Translations under genes and position numbers: made by a program | Part shown: positions 39,635 through 49,828 of the stretch, in pieces | Layout: every line of letters starts with the position of its first letter | How positions within the stretch are numbered: the first letter of the stretch is position 1 | Assembly: GCA_047601445.1 (NCBI GenBank) | Contig: JASGJH010000001.1 | Span: 5,152,001 to 5,216,000 of the forward strand | Direction: 5' to 3' | Length of the DNA stretch: 64,000 bases | Source of the DNA: Myxococcales bacterium | GTDB lineage: Bacteria > Myxococcota_A > Polyangia > Polyangiales > DASUME01 | The notes under the pieces: generated by a model | Seen by the model: the letters and a program-made list of their open reading frames with translations, nothing else | Databases searched by the model: none | What the model was told of the DNA's origin: nothing

Positions 39635-39652
39635 GACGAGCGGAGAATCTAC

Positions 39653-40528
39653 ATGGCCCCTAAGACCCTGCGTGTGACTTCGGCATTTGGGAGGACGCTG
39701 AAGGAAGCCATTTTGCTGGCTTACCATCCCGATGAGTACCCGAAGGGCATCCGCCGGACCTTTCTGCTGCGGTTGCAGGGGGATCGCGCAGTGGTGCTCG
39801 AGGAGCGGCCCTATCTACTCGGATGTGCCTGGTATTCGTCGAGCGGCACGACCTATTGCAGCGTTGTCGACAGCGGAGCGATCCACCGCTGGCACGCCGG
39901 TCAGTGGTCCGAAGAGACCTTCTCGTCCAAGCCTGCCGAGGTCCGCTACGTCTACGTGGTTCCAGGTGCCAAGCCCGAGGACGATACGGTGTTCCTCGCA
40001 GGAGAAAAGCAGCTGTTCGTGCGCCAGGCGGGGAAATGGCTGAGCAAGCGTATCCCAGGGCAGGGGTTTCCGTTCCAGGTGACGGGCACAAGCGCCGACC
40101 AGGTGTACGTCGGAGCGTCCGAGCTCAGCGTATGGGATGGCAAGAAACTCAACTCGCTCGAGTCTCCGGATGATGACTCGATGAGCGGCCTCGCGCTCAC
40201 TGCAGACGACCGTCTGATCGGAGGCAACGACTTCATCAGCGCCTCCACGAGCGACGGCGGCTGGGAGCGCATTCCCACACCGTTCAAGGGAGTCTTCATG
40301 TTTGCTCGGCTTGGAGATGACGTCTACGCGCTCACCGACAAGCAAGGCGTTGCGAAGGTGTATCCGGGTCCCATCCAATCCTTCACGCGTCCGCTGGACG
40401 CGCTGGGACTGCTCGCGGTGGGAGATGGGTTGATCGCCTTTGGACGCGACGGTGTGCTCGCATTCGACGGCACGAGATGGTTCGAGGTGCACATGCCCTC
40501 CTGTGAGTTAGGGCAGGCCCCAGCCTGA
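39653..40528 (+). CDS. Second beta-propeller candidate immunity protein (distant paralog)
   Basis: Shares the LAY.P...T.LR...W..S.GT pattern with the upstream gene; WDG/FDG blade ends. Confidence 0.65.
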   Translation: MAPKTLRVTSAFGRTLKEAILLAYHPDEYPKGIRRTFLLRLQGDRAVVLEERPYLLGCAWYSSSGTTYCSVVDSGAIHRWHAGQWSEETFSSKPAEVRYVYVVPGAKPEDDTVFLAGEKQLFVRQAGKWLSKRIPGQGFPFQVTGTSADQVYVGASELSVWDGKKLNSLESPDDDSMSGLALTADDRLIGGNDFISASTSDGGWERIPTPFKGVFMFARLGDDVYALTDKQGVAKVYPGPIQSFTRPLDALGLLAVGDGLIAFGRDGVLAFDGTRWFEVHMPSCELGQAPA

Positions 40529-40552
40529 GCCAAGCATCTCCCGTTCTAGCCT

Positions 40553-41167
40553 TCAGCGCAGGGAGCGTGGAGCTGCGCTCCTGAGCGGCTCGATCGCTCT
40601 CGACCCCGGATGCGCACGCCCCAGCGTGGCATGGGCGAGCTTCCTGAACGTGTCCGCGAGCACGCCCGGCTCCGCCCTGCGGGCCGTCTCGACCCAACCT
40701 ACGAGCAGCTCGAACAGGCCACCGCTCATGTACCTGGCGGTGGCGCTGCGCTGATTCTCGTCGACGCCGAGCGAGCCGAGTTCGGCCTCCACGAGCTTGG
40801 TGATCACGTCGCGCAGCCTACGATGGACGACCGGTCCGCTCTTGCCGCCGACGATGGCGCGATGAAGCCGGATGTTGCCATGGGCGTGCTCGATCAGGGC
40901 CTCCACGAAGGCAAAGGTGCCCACCGCGCGCCGCCTGTGTGCGTGGAGCTCCTCGAGCAGGTCGTCGAATCCGCTGACGAGGAGATCTTCTTTGTCGGCA
41001 AAGTGCAGGTAGAACGTGGAGCGCCCGACCTCGGCCCGTTCGCACACGTCGAGCACGCTCACCGCGTCCCAACCACGCTCCAAGATCAAGCCCACCAAGG
41101 CGGAACGTAGGCGCGTTTTGGTGCGCTTGACGCGGCGATCCAGAGATGTGCCCGAGGCAGTTTTCAT
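40553..41167 (-). CDS. TetR/AcrR family regulator
   Basis: DRRVKRTK, VCERAEVGRSTFYLHFADKEDLL. Confidence 0.95.
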   Translation of the reverse strand: MKTASGTSLDRRVKRTKTRLRSALVGLILERGWDAVSVLDVCERAEVGRSTFYLHFADKEDLLVSGFDDLLEELHAHRRRAVGTFAFVEALIEHAHGNIRLHRAIVGGKSGPVVHRRLRDVITKLVEAELGSLGVDENQRSATARYMSGGLFELLVGWVETARRAEPGVLADTFRKLAHATLGRAHPGSRAIEPLRSAAPRSLR

Positions 41168-41293
41168 GACCTGTCACGCATGCTGCACGCCCTCCAAGAT
41201 GCTTTGCCCCGGGTTTGCGATCAAGAGCGAGCGGGTGCCGCCTTCACGATGGCCCATGAAAAGGACCCTCGTGATGCGCGCTCACGGCCCGGG

Positions 41294-43681
41294 CTACACG
41301 CGCCCCAGGGCCTCCCAGACCGTGAGTCTCGACGCGCGCCGTGCTGGCAACCACGTCGCCACGAGCGCGACCACACAGACGAGCGCGAGCCACGTCGAGA
41401 GTGCCCCGAGGTCGACCACGACCGGCAGGCGGACCCGAAAGGCGAGCATCCCGACACTTTTGCCCACGAGGGCCGTGAGCGGCAGTGCCAACACCGAGGC
41501 CACGCCCCAGCTCAGCACGCCCACCACGAGCGCCTCTCCCATGACTAGCAGGGCGATGCGCGCAGGCGTGGCCCCGATGGTCTTCAGCACACCGATCTCA
41601 CGGGTGCGCTCGAGCACGTTGCTCCCCATGGTGGATGCCAACCCCAACATGCCCACCACGACCATTAAAGCCGCCATGGCGAGCAGCATGCGGATGAGCA
41701 CGACCACGTGGTCGCCCATGGCGGTGCGCAGGACCGTCAGGGGAATCACCACTTCCACGCTGGCGCCCGCCTGCTCGAGTCGCCCTTCGATGGCACGTAT
41801 CACGACCTCCCGGCTCTCCTGCGAGTGCGCCTTGGTGGCGATGCGCACCATGCTCGTGGTCTCCACGTCGGCCTCGGTGGCCCGCGCGTACGCTTCACGT
41901 GTCACGTAGGCGATGCCCGGTGCGCCCACCTCCTCGACGACCCCGACCACGCGCCAACGTGTGGGCCGTCCTGCGAGCGACAGCATGATTTCGCCGCCCA
42001 CGTGGGTAGTCGGCGGTGCCTGACTCAGCGCCATGTGGTTGAGCACGACGCCGTCGGAGTCGCCCTGCGTCAACCAGTGACCCGCGAGCAGCGGAAACTC
42101 CACCAGGGAGGTGTCCGCTGGGATGCCCATCATCGCCAGGCTACCGTGGCTTCCGTCTGGATAGGTCCGCACCACATCGACGTGATCTGCGCGCCAGAAT
42201 GCCGTGCGACTGTAGCCCCAGGCCTCGACCGCTTGCACGCCTTCGAGTTCGGCCAGCTCGTGAGCGACCGCGGCGGGTGCGTTCAACCTGACCTCGACGT
42301 CGTAGTGTCGGTTCTCATAGACACGCGCCACGATGCGCTCCCAGCCTCCCGAGATGTTGAGGGCGGTCATGAACATGGCGCCACCGGCCGCGAGCAGGGA
42401 GAGGGTGAGCACCAAGCGCGTGCGGCGGCGTGACACGTTGCGCAGAATCAACGCGAGATTCCGACGGCCCCACGAACGCCGAGGCCGCGTGCCGTCGATC
42501 CCAGGTCCCACTCCGTACTCGTCCATGGCCTCGCGCACCGTGACGCGACAGCCTCGCACGACGGGAACGGCAGCCACGGCGAGCGGGACCAGGATGCCCG
42601 CGGCTAGCTCGACCGCGAGCACCCACCACGGAATGACACGCGTGGCCAGCGTGAGATTGAGCATCGTCGCGGACATCCCTGCGAAGGCGCCGGCTCCCGC
42701 GATGCCTACGGGCAGAGCCGCGCCGACCGCCGCCGCGCCTAGCAGCGCCACGAACACCATGTAGAGAGCCACGAGCTGCGACGCCCGTGCCCCCATGGCC
42801 TTCATCACGCCGATTTCGCGCACCTGGCGGGCCAGCAGAGCGGCCATGGAGGTGGCTACCAGCATGCCGCTCAAGATCAGGGCCAGCACGCTGAAGGTCA
42901 GCATCAGAAAGAGCACGCCCATCATCTGCGACTGGTGCGGATGTCGGCCGGGCGGCGGCACACGGGCCTGCTCGACCCGGTGACCGCGCTCGCCTAGCCA
43001 GCTCGCGAGCTTATCGACCTCGGCTTCGATGCTCGCCACGTCGAGGGAGTCGCCTTGGAAGGTCACCCGCAGCTCGCGGAGCTCCGTGGGCTCACCGAGG
43101 AGCGCCAAGGTTGCCTGAGTAATGTAGCCGTACCCTTCGCGTTCCTGCCACGCCGGCGCCAGCCCTGGATCATGGACCAGGCCACTCACGGCGACCTCGT
43201 GCAGCGAGCCGTGAGGTGTCTTCACCAGCACGTGGTCGCCTTCCCGGGCTTCGAGCATGTCGACGGCCGAGCGCTCGATGAGCATCGTACCGTCTGGCGG
43301 CGGCCACGCGCCGCTCTCCCGGGCAAACGTATTGAGGGTCAAGTGCCGGAAGTCATCCACCACGAACAGCAGGAGAGGCCTGAATTCGGCTCCAATCTTC
43401 GCCCGCGCCAGCACGATCTCGCCAGCTTCGACGCGCGCGATGCCGGGGCGCCGTCGCACCTCCTCGACCAGCGCTTGATCGACGCCGCCGCTCAGCTCGA
43501 GCGCAGCATGCGCGGGGCGCGTGCCCAGATAGTTTCGCGGCATTTCACGCGTCATGATCGCGAAGGCGCCGAGCACCGTCCCAATGCCCATCACGCTGAC
43601 GGCGATCGCACCGATCATCAGCAGCGCGCGCCCGCGCTCCATCCAGGCATCACGCCACAACTTTCGCCAACGCGGTCTCAT
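41294..43681 (-). CDS. MacB/FtsX-like ABC exporter permease (duplicated)
   Basis: Two FtsX-type halves with [14 protein letters not shown] and [14 protein letters not shown]. Confidence 0.92.
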   Translation of the reverse strand: MRPRWRKLWRDAWMERGRALLMIGAIAVSVMGIGTVLGAFAIMTREMPRNYLGTRPAHAALELSGGVDQALVEEVRRRPGIARVEAGEIVLARAKIGAEFRPLLLFVVDDFRHLTLNTFARESGAWPPPDGTMLIERSAVDMLEAREGDHVLVKTPHGSLHEVAVSGLVHDPGLAPAWQEREGYGYITQATLALLGEPTELRELRVTFQGDSLDVASIEAEVDKLASWLGERGHRVEQARVPPPGRHPHQSQMMGVLFLMLTFSVLALILSGMLVATSMAALLARQVREIGVMKAMGARASQLVALYMVFVALLGAAAVGAALPVGIAGAGAFAGMSATMLNLTLATRVIPWWVLAVELAAGILVPLAVAAVPVVRGCRVTVREAMDEYGVGPGIDGTRPRRSWGRRNLALILRNVSRRRTRLVLTLSLLAAGGAMFMTALNISGGWERIVARVYENRHYDVEVRLNAPAAVAHELAELEGVQAVEAWGYSRTAFWRADHVDVVRTYPDGSHGSLAMMGIPADTSLVEFPLLAGHWLTQGDSDGVVLNHMALSQAPPTTHVGGEIMLSLAGRPTRWRVVGVVEEVGAPGIAYVTREAYARATEADVETTSMVRIATKAHSQESREVVIRAIEGRLEQAGASVEVVIPLTVLRTAMGDHVVVLIRMLLAMAALMVVVGMLGLASTMGSNVLERTREIGVLKTIGATPARIALLVMGEALVVGVLSWGVASVLALPLTALVGKSVGMLAFRVRLPVVVDLGALSTWLALVCVVALVATWLPARRASRLTVWEALGRV

Positions 43682-44418
43682 GACGCCCCCTGCGCCCGCG
43701 TCTCGCCACCCAAAGTGGCTTCTTCTTGCACGCGCCCGTCCACGAGCTTCACCACGCGGTCGAAGTGGCGGGCCAACTCTCGCTCGTGGGTCACCACGAT
43801 CACGGTCTTGCCGGCGCGCGCGAGCTCGACCAGGAGCTCGAGCACCGCATCCGCCGTGCGAGAGTCGAGGTTGCCGGTTGGCTCATCGGCCACGATCACC
43901 GCAGGATCGTTGGCGAGTGCGCGCGCAATGGCCGCCCGCTGTTGCTGTCCACCGCTGAGCGCCGATGGCAGCTTGTGGGCCTGTTCGGCGATGCCCACCC
44001 GGCCGAGCAGCGCGAGCGCTCGCGCTTCTGCACGGGCGTCATAGGTGCCGCACAGATCCATCGGCAGGAGCACGTTCTCCAGCACGGTCAACGTGGGCAA
44101 GAGCTGAAAGAACTGAAACACCACGCCCACGTTGCGACCGCGCCAAGCCGCGAGGCGGCTCTCGTCGAGCTCGTGCACGCTCACGCCTCCGACCAGAACC
44201 TCGCCCTGCGTCGGCCGATCGATTCCCGCGATCAAGTTGATCAGGGTCGACTTGCCGCTGCCTGATTTTCCCACCACGGCCGTGAGTTCCCCGGCGCGCA
44301 GCGCGACACGAACATCGCTCAGCGCCGTGAAGCGGACCTCGCCGGCGGCATAGACCTTCGTCACACCTCGCAGCTCGATCGCGTGACGTTCCCCGTCTCT
44401 GCTGGACATGGTGTCCAT
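43678..44418 (-). CDS. ABC transporter ATP-binding protein (LolD/MacB type)
   Basis: [29 protein letters not shown]. Start at ATG 44418 or 44409. Confidence 0.95.
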   Translation of the reverse strand: MDTMSSRDGERHAIELRGVTKVYAAGEVRFTALSDVRVALRAGELTAVVGKSGSGKSTLINLIAGIDRPTQGEVLVGGVSVHELDESRLAAWRGRNVGVVFQFFQLLPTLTVLENVLLPMDLCGTYDARAEARALALLGRVGIAEQAHKLPSALSGGQQQRAAIARALANDPAVIVADEPTGNLDSRTADAVLELLVELARAGKTVIVVTHERELARHFDRVVKLVDGRVQEEATLGGETRAQGAS

Positions 44419-44497
44419 GTTGCCGAGCTGGCTCGCGAACGCAATGGACGGCGTGGGCGAGCGCACCCGTTCCTGGACATCCGCCAGCAACTGTCCA
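44403..44497. promoter_or_regulatory. Two TGGACA...TGTCCA inverted repeats, candidate TetR operators
   Basis: TGGACA-3nt-TGTCCA (44403-17) and TGGACA-12nt-TGTCCA (44474-97), at and upstream of the ABC operon start. Confidence 0.45.
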
Positions 44498-44564
44498 TCA
44501 ACGCTAGAGGAGATCCGTGCGGCGTTCAGTCAGTTCGCACGGAGCAAGTGTACCCGCCGCGCCC

Positions 44565-47500
44565 TTACTTCGCGACGCCGCGGCAGTCGGCCGGTAGCCG
44601 CGCAGCGGAGAACGGAAATGGGCGGGCCTGCTTGATCACGAGGTCGCGTGCGTCACCGACCACCTTGAACTCCACCTCCATGGTGAACCAGCGGTTCTTG
44701 CCGTCGGCGTTCATCAGGGCCTCGAAGTGATCGTGCAGCGCACCGAGCGCGCAGGCCAGCTCGCGGATCTCGTCGGACGCGAGCACGTCCTTGCCTTGCG
44801 TGAGCGTGGAGTGCGACCGATAGGTGAGCTCGGGCGTGTTCGGCGGCCAAGTGTAGACCACCTGCTCGGTCCCCACCCCCGGCGCCGGATTGGTCACCGA
44901 CGCCTCGCCGACTTGCGCGTTGACGTAGAACTGATCGCCGCGGGTCGGATCATTCAGGTTGCGGCTCATGGCCACGCCGTTGGCGCGCTCCCCCACGAAG
45001 CGAGGGTGCACCAAGACGCCCATCGCCACGCCCGTGTGATCGATACCCGCCAGCGTGCGCTCGTCGTAAGCGCGCTCGTCCCACAGGCTCGACCACACGG
45101 TGTGGAGCGCAGCTTCGATGGCCTCGCTCTCGCCGGCCGCAGCGCTCTCCGACGTATACAACCCTGCGCCGTTGAAGCCTTCGAGGTCCTCCGCATTGCT
45201 GCTGCTGCGAAAGCGAACCTCATCGCTGCCGAAACGGCGCTGACACTCCGACGTGAGCTCGCTCAGTAGGCCCGGCTCGACCGGCGTCTCGGCGATCAAG
45301 GCGCGCACCTCGGCGAGGCCTGCGGAGCGCACGCTCGGATCGCTCGCAAAGGCGGGGTCCTTACGCAACGCCTCGAACTTCGCCTCGGCGCCGCTGCGCG
45401 CGAAGTGCTCGATGTAGTGCACCACCGGGAGCGCGAAGGCGCTCTTGGGCGTGCGGATCGGGAGTACGGCACAGCCTTCGCGTTCCGTGGTCACCTTGGC
45501 CAGCTCGGCGAGCTGCGCGGCCTTCGCCCCGATGAGCGGCAAGTCACCCACGCCGCGCCCCGACAGATCGATCACACCGCGCACGCTGGTGTCGCGCTTG
45601 GGCTGGAACAACGGACCTTGCGGGACGCGGCTCTGCCAGAACTTTTGCGCGTCCACTGGGTCGGCCTTCGCCACGGAGAAACCGTCGGCGCGAACCTCCA
45701 GGCGCACCAGCTCGCCGAACAACTGCACGAGCTCGGGCGCAGTGCGCGCGTGAGAAAGGGCCATATTCGGGGTGTCGCGGGCCTGACTCAAGAGGTTCAC
45801 GTGGGAGAGCGGGGTCTGGAATGCCTCCGTGACGAGTCCCCCCACCAACTCGATGTCGTTCGGCACGTCATCGGTGACCACGATCACGTCGGGCCCCAGG
45901 CGTGTGCTCGCGAGCTGATCCGTGGGCACGAAGGTGAGCGTCCCGTAGGCCACAGCGGGAGTGAGCGGCTGGAACGTGAGGCCCTCGTAGGGCGCGTTGG
46001 GCCCCACGATGGGAAGCTTGCCGTCGAGCGAGCGTGCGCGCTCGAGCTGGCTCTCGTCGACCGGATGGAAGAACCAATCCTTGGGCGAGGGAACATGTCC
46101 CATGTCGGCGAAGAACGCGGCCTGGATCTGCGCCGGACTGATGGCGTCGCCGCTGGTGAACTCCACGGTGTGCAGGTTCGGACCCACGTGGTGCACCAGG
46201 GAGCCGAGCAGGTAGCTGCGCGTCTCCACGCTGAGATACTCCGAAGCGATGAAGGCCGAGAACTCGGCTTCGAACAGGGCGTTCTGATCGGTATCGCAGC
46301 GATCGAGGGCAGTCTCGCCCTGGATCACCTCGCGGATGAAGGTGAAGTGCAGGGGCCAGCGCGCGGAGCTCAACAGGTGCACTGGGCCCGTGCCCTGGCC
46401 TTCGATCACGAACTTGACGGGCGCCATGCCCAAGCTCGAACCGCCCTTGGCGAGCGCGGCGAAATCCCCCGGCGTATGCAGCTGGCGCAGACGGTCCCCC
46501 ACGTCGCGAGATGCGAGCTCGGTACACGCGTCGGCGCTGCCCTTGGTGTTGTTGGTGCAGTAGCGGAAGCGCCGATGATCCGCGGTTCGCGAGAGCACCG
46601 CCCCCGAGGGCCAGCGGTTGAAGTCCACGCGCTCCACGGCCTGAACGTCGAGGTCGACCAGATGATAGAGGGTCACCACGCCCTCGAAGTCCTGTCCTGC
46701 GCTGAGCTCCGAGACGATGCCCTCGTCGACGGACAGCACCAGGCGCTCACCCGGCGCGAGCTCGGTCAGGGCCGGCAGGTCCACCATCACGCCGTCGAAG
46801 TTGCTAGGCCACGACTGACCCGGGCGCAGGGGCGCGATGTTCACCGCCCAGTCCTCGAGCGAGAGCGGTGCGCTACCGATGTTCTCGAGCTCGATGAAGG
46901 CCGCCGGATGGAGTGCGAGCTCGCTTACGATGAGCGGCGATTGCGGCACGCCGAAGTCTGCCGGCCAGGAGAAGGGCGCGAAGGTCGCGTCGCCGTCGAA
47001 GCCGTTTGGCAGCTTGGGCTCGCAGCCCGCGCCATTGAGGGCCGAGGGCGTGGCGTAGCGACAGGAGCTCCATTCCCCCGAGCCGTCCGGCAGCCTCGCT
47101 TGACTCACGTCGGTGGCCTGGCCGCCGAAGCTCGACCGATCCGCGAGCACCCCGTCCGAGAGGCGCCTCAGCTCGACGCGGCTGCCGTCCTTGTCGAGTT
47201 TGAAGGGCAAATGCAGCGGACCTTGTTCGACCTGCTTGTCGGCCCAGAGCAGCAGGACCTCGCCCGGAGCGAGCACCTGATCGGGCAAAGCCACGGACTT
47301 GGCGCCCTTGACGCTCACCCCGAAGTCCGCGAGTCGGATCGGTTGGTCGCCCTGATTGTAGAGCTCGAGCCAGTCGTCGACCTCGCCCTGCTCGTCGACC
47401 CAGACCCCGTCGTTGCTCGCCATCAGCTCATTGAGGACCAGCCCGAGGTCCTGGGGGACCTCCGAGTCCATCTCACCTGGCGAGGAGGCGTCCACCGCAG

Positions 47501-47600
47501 CGTCCTCGCCTGGACCTGCATCCTGCGCGCCCGGGCCACGTTCGCTCTCGCCGCAGGCGATCAGGAACACGGCAAACCAAGCCCTCAAGCACGGACGCAT
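44565..47600 (-). CDS. Lipoprotein with lamin-tail domain(s) and C-terminal PEP-synthase/PPDK N-terminal (ATP-grasp) domain
   Basis: Lipobox FLIAC; LVLNELMASN...DWLELYN (LTD); IGAKAAQL, RFRSSSNAEDLEGFNGAGLYTS, VWSSLW, EVEF, IKQARP. Confidence 0.85.
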   Translation of the reverse strand: MRPCLRAWFAVFLIACGESERGPGAQDAGPGEDAAVDASSPGEMDSEVPQDLGLVLNELMASNDGVWVDEQGEVDDWLELYNQGDQPIRLADFGVSVKGAKSVALPDQVLAPGEVLLLWADKQVEQGPLHLPFKLDKDGSRVELRRLSDGVLADRSSFGGQATDVSQARLPDGSGEWSSCRYATPSALNGAGCEPKLPNGFDGDATFAPFSWPADFGVPQSPLIVSELALHPAAFIELENIGSAPLSLEDWAVNIAPLRPGQSWPSNFDGVMVDLPALTELAPGERLVLSVDEGIVSELSAGQDFEGVVTLYHLVDLDVQAVERVDFNRWPSGAVLSRTADHRRFRYCTNNTKGSADACTELASRDVGDRLRQLHTPGDFAALAKGGSSLGMAPVKFVIEGQGTGPVHLLSSARWPLHFTFIREVIQGETALDRCDTDQNALFEAEFSAFIASEYLSVETRSYLLGSLVHHVGPNLHTVEFTSGDAISPAQIQAAFFADMGHVPSPKDWFFHPVDESQLERARSLDGKLPIVGPNAPYEGLTFQPLTPAVAYGTLTFVPTDQLASTRLGPDVIVVTDDVPNDIELVGGLVTEAFQTPLSHVNLLSQARDTPNMALSHARTAPELVQLFGELVRLEVRADGFSVAKADPVDAQKFWQSRVPQGPLFQPKRDTSVRGVIDLSGRGVGDLPLIGAKAAQLAELAKVTTEREGCAVLPIRTPKSAFALPVVHYIEHFARSGAEAKFEALRKDPAFASDPSVRSAGLAEVRALIAETPVEPGLLSELTSECQRRFGSDEVRFRSSSNAEDLEGFNGAGLYTSESAAAGESEAIEAALHTVWSSLWDERAYDERTLAGIDHTGVAMGVLVHPRFVGERANGVAMSRNLNDPTRGDQFYVNAQVGEASVTNPAPGVGTEQVVYTWPPNTPELTYRSHSTLTQGKDVLASDEIRELACALGALHDHFEALMNADGKNRWFTMEVEFKVVGDARDLVIKQARPFPFSAARLPADCRGVAK

Positions 47601-47817
47601 ACAACACCTCGAAGCGAAGAGGAGCACCCTAGCTGACGGCAGGTCCCGAGGGAACGCCTTGTTCCGCGCGTTCACGGATCATCATGCCCGGCAGACCCGC
47701 CGTCCCCACGACGCGACTCCGCTACGTCGCGGCGCAGCAGGCCAATCTCCTGACGCATTCCGCCATGTCCGCCTGCTTACGGTGGGGCACGGGTAATGAA
47801 GAGGCCCCCCTCGGCCA

Positions 47818-48945
47818 ATGCGAAGGGCACGCCGGCCAGGCACGGTGGTGGCCATGACCCCATCCCGGCCCTCCTTTTCGTCGTGCCCCTCCGCGCCTTC
47901 CCCGCGCCCGCGCCGCGGCGTGCAGTCGCCGGCTCGCCTCCTCGCACGGACGCTGCTCCTGTCCACCTCGCTGACCGCGTTGGCCGCCTGTGGCGACTCG
48001 GGTTCGAACGGAGCCGTGGAACCCAGCGACGATGCCGGCTCGCAGCAAGAGCAGGATGCGGGCGATGCTTCGTCCCATCCGCATTTCACGTCCGTCGCCA
48101 CCGAGGCCATCGAGGCCCCCGTGGCCAACGATTGCATCACCGACGTGAGCCCCGGCGATCACACCTTCACCTGCGACGGCATCACCTACTTGGTGCTCGT
48201 CGACGAGCAGTGCACCAAGCGCGCCTGCGGGCTGATCTTCGACGTGCACGGCGCCACGATGTCGGGCTTGCAAGAGCGGGACAACACGCTGCTCCACGAG
48301 ATGGCGCCCCAAGCCGGGTTCATCTACGTGAATCCGAGCGCGACCCCCGAGGGCACCGGCGGTACCTGGAACCTCGACAGCGACCCCGCGAAGATCGCAC
48401 TGGTAATGCCCAAGGTGATCTCCGCCTTCCATGTGAACCCCAAGCGCGTCCACATCACGGGCTTCTCCCAAGGCGGCGTGACTACGTTCGACTTCCTCGC
48501 GCACCAGAACGCCATCCTCGCCAGCGCCGCACCGGTGGCCGGCGCGTTGCGCGACGCTGCCTGGGCCACCAGCGCCTGGCAGCCTCGCGTGCCCATGCTG
48601 GTGATGAACGGCATCGGCGACACCGCGTCGACCATCGATCGCTCACGGGCGCTGATCGATCAGATCGTGAAGGGACTCGAGCTCACGGGCGGCAGCGAGA
48701 TCGAGGGCGACGGACACTATTCGTGGAAGCAGTGGACGGGAGCCGACGGCATGGACCTCGAGTACATCGAGCACGACTATGGCGGCCAGGCCGTGCTCGG
48801 TGGGCATTGCATCCCGGGCGGCATCGACGTGGACGGAGCCCCCCACAACTTCGGCTTGAACGCCACCACGTGCACCACCGGCGACATCAAGCTCAAGTGG
48901 GGCGAGCGCGTTTTGCAGTGGTTCATCGATCATCCCAAGCGCTAA
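47818..48945 (+). CDS. Alpha/beta hydrolase lipoprotein (PHB-depolymerase/LpqC-like esterase); start uncertain
   Basis: Lipobox LAAC; DVHG; nucleophile GFSQGG; NGIGD; GGHC. Confidence 0.85.
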   Translation: MRRARRPGTVVAMTPSRPSFSSCPSAPSPRPRRGVQSPARLLARTLLLSTSLTALAACGDSGSNGAVEPSDDAGSQQEQDAGDASSHPHFTSVATEAIEAPVANDCITDVSPGDHTFTCDGITYLVLVDEQCTKRACGLIFDVHGATMSGLQERDNTLLHEMAPQAGFIYVNPSATPEGTGGTWNLDSDPAKIALVMPKVISAFHVNPKRVHITGFSQGGVTTFDFLAHQNAILASAAPVAGALRDAAWATSAWQPRVPMLVMNGIGDTASTIDRSRALIDQIVKGLELTGGSEIEGDGHYSWKQWTGADGMDLEYIEHDYGGQAVLGGHCIPGGIDVDGAPHNFGLNATTCTTGDIKLKWGERVLQWFIDHPKR

Positions 48946-48953
48946 CGGGTCGC

Positions 48954-49608
48954 TTAGCTCCCGTGCACCTTGGTGAGCGTCCCACGCGTGATGGGATCTG
49001 CCTGGCCTGTCACGGGCAAGCTCTGCGAGCGCTGAAACATGCGCAACGCGCTGGCCGTCGGTCCATCGAACTTGTCGTCGAGCTCGCCCTGATAGAGTCC
49101 CAAGTTTTGCAGCCGCGCCTTCAAACCGCGCGTGGTGCTCACGGGATCGAGCCGACCAAGTTCGAGATCGATCGGGTTGTCTTTGTCGTCTTCGAGCACG
49201 AGCTTCAGCTTGGTCACCGACGCGGGTAACTCCTCGTGCAACACACCTTCGAAGGCAAAGCCGTGGATGGGTTCCGCGAGCTTTTCCTTTTGCGTGCCGT
49301 CGTAGACCAGCTCCTGGAGGGTGTAGTCCACCTCGTGCGGCCGCCCGCTCTCGTCCTGCAGATTCAGGTGCAAGATGCGCCTCGCGGGTTGATACACCAG
49401 GGTCACTTCGCCACCGACCTCGACCTTCACGAGCTTGGGTTCCGGCTCGGGGATCCGAGATCTCGTCTTCGGTAAAGAGCACTCCGGGATCGTGCGCAGC
49501 GAAGACGTCGGCGTTTTTCCCGTCACTCAGGATGTCCTGGGTGGCGACGTTTTGGGTGCGCGCGATGTGAAGGAGGTCTTCCCCGGGCTGTGGCTTGATC
49601 TGCGGCAT
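48954..49608 (-). CDS. LysM-like plus PG_binding_1 peptidoglycan-binding protein; +1 frameshift at ~49456
   Basis: N-terminus MPQIKPQPGEDLLHIA...DPGVLFTEDEIS joins IPEPEPK...LKARLQNLG...TASALRMFQRSQSLPVTG after a one-base deletion. Confidence 0.75.
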
Positions 49609-49828
49609 GACAGCTCGAAAGCGTTGTCCACCGAGTCCAAGCCGGTCAAGGCGGTCGCGTCCCCGCGCCGGGTGGATTTGGGGTGACGGCAGGCCCCTTG
49701 ACTGGCTCGCGCTCTCCCACATCTCACCAGGTCAGCCCCCTGGCTGCGTGACTGGTCCTCTCGCTATCCAAGCCAGGTGCGCGCGCGTATCCTACCCGCT
49801 CAACAATCTGCGGGGTGGGGAAGAACAC

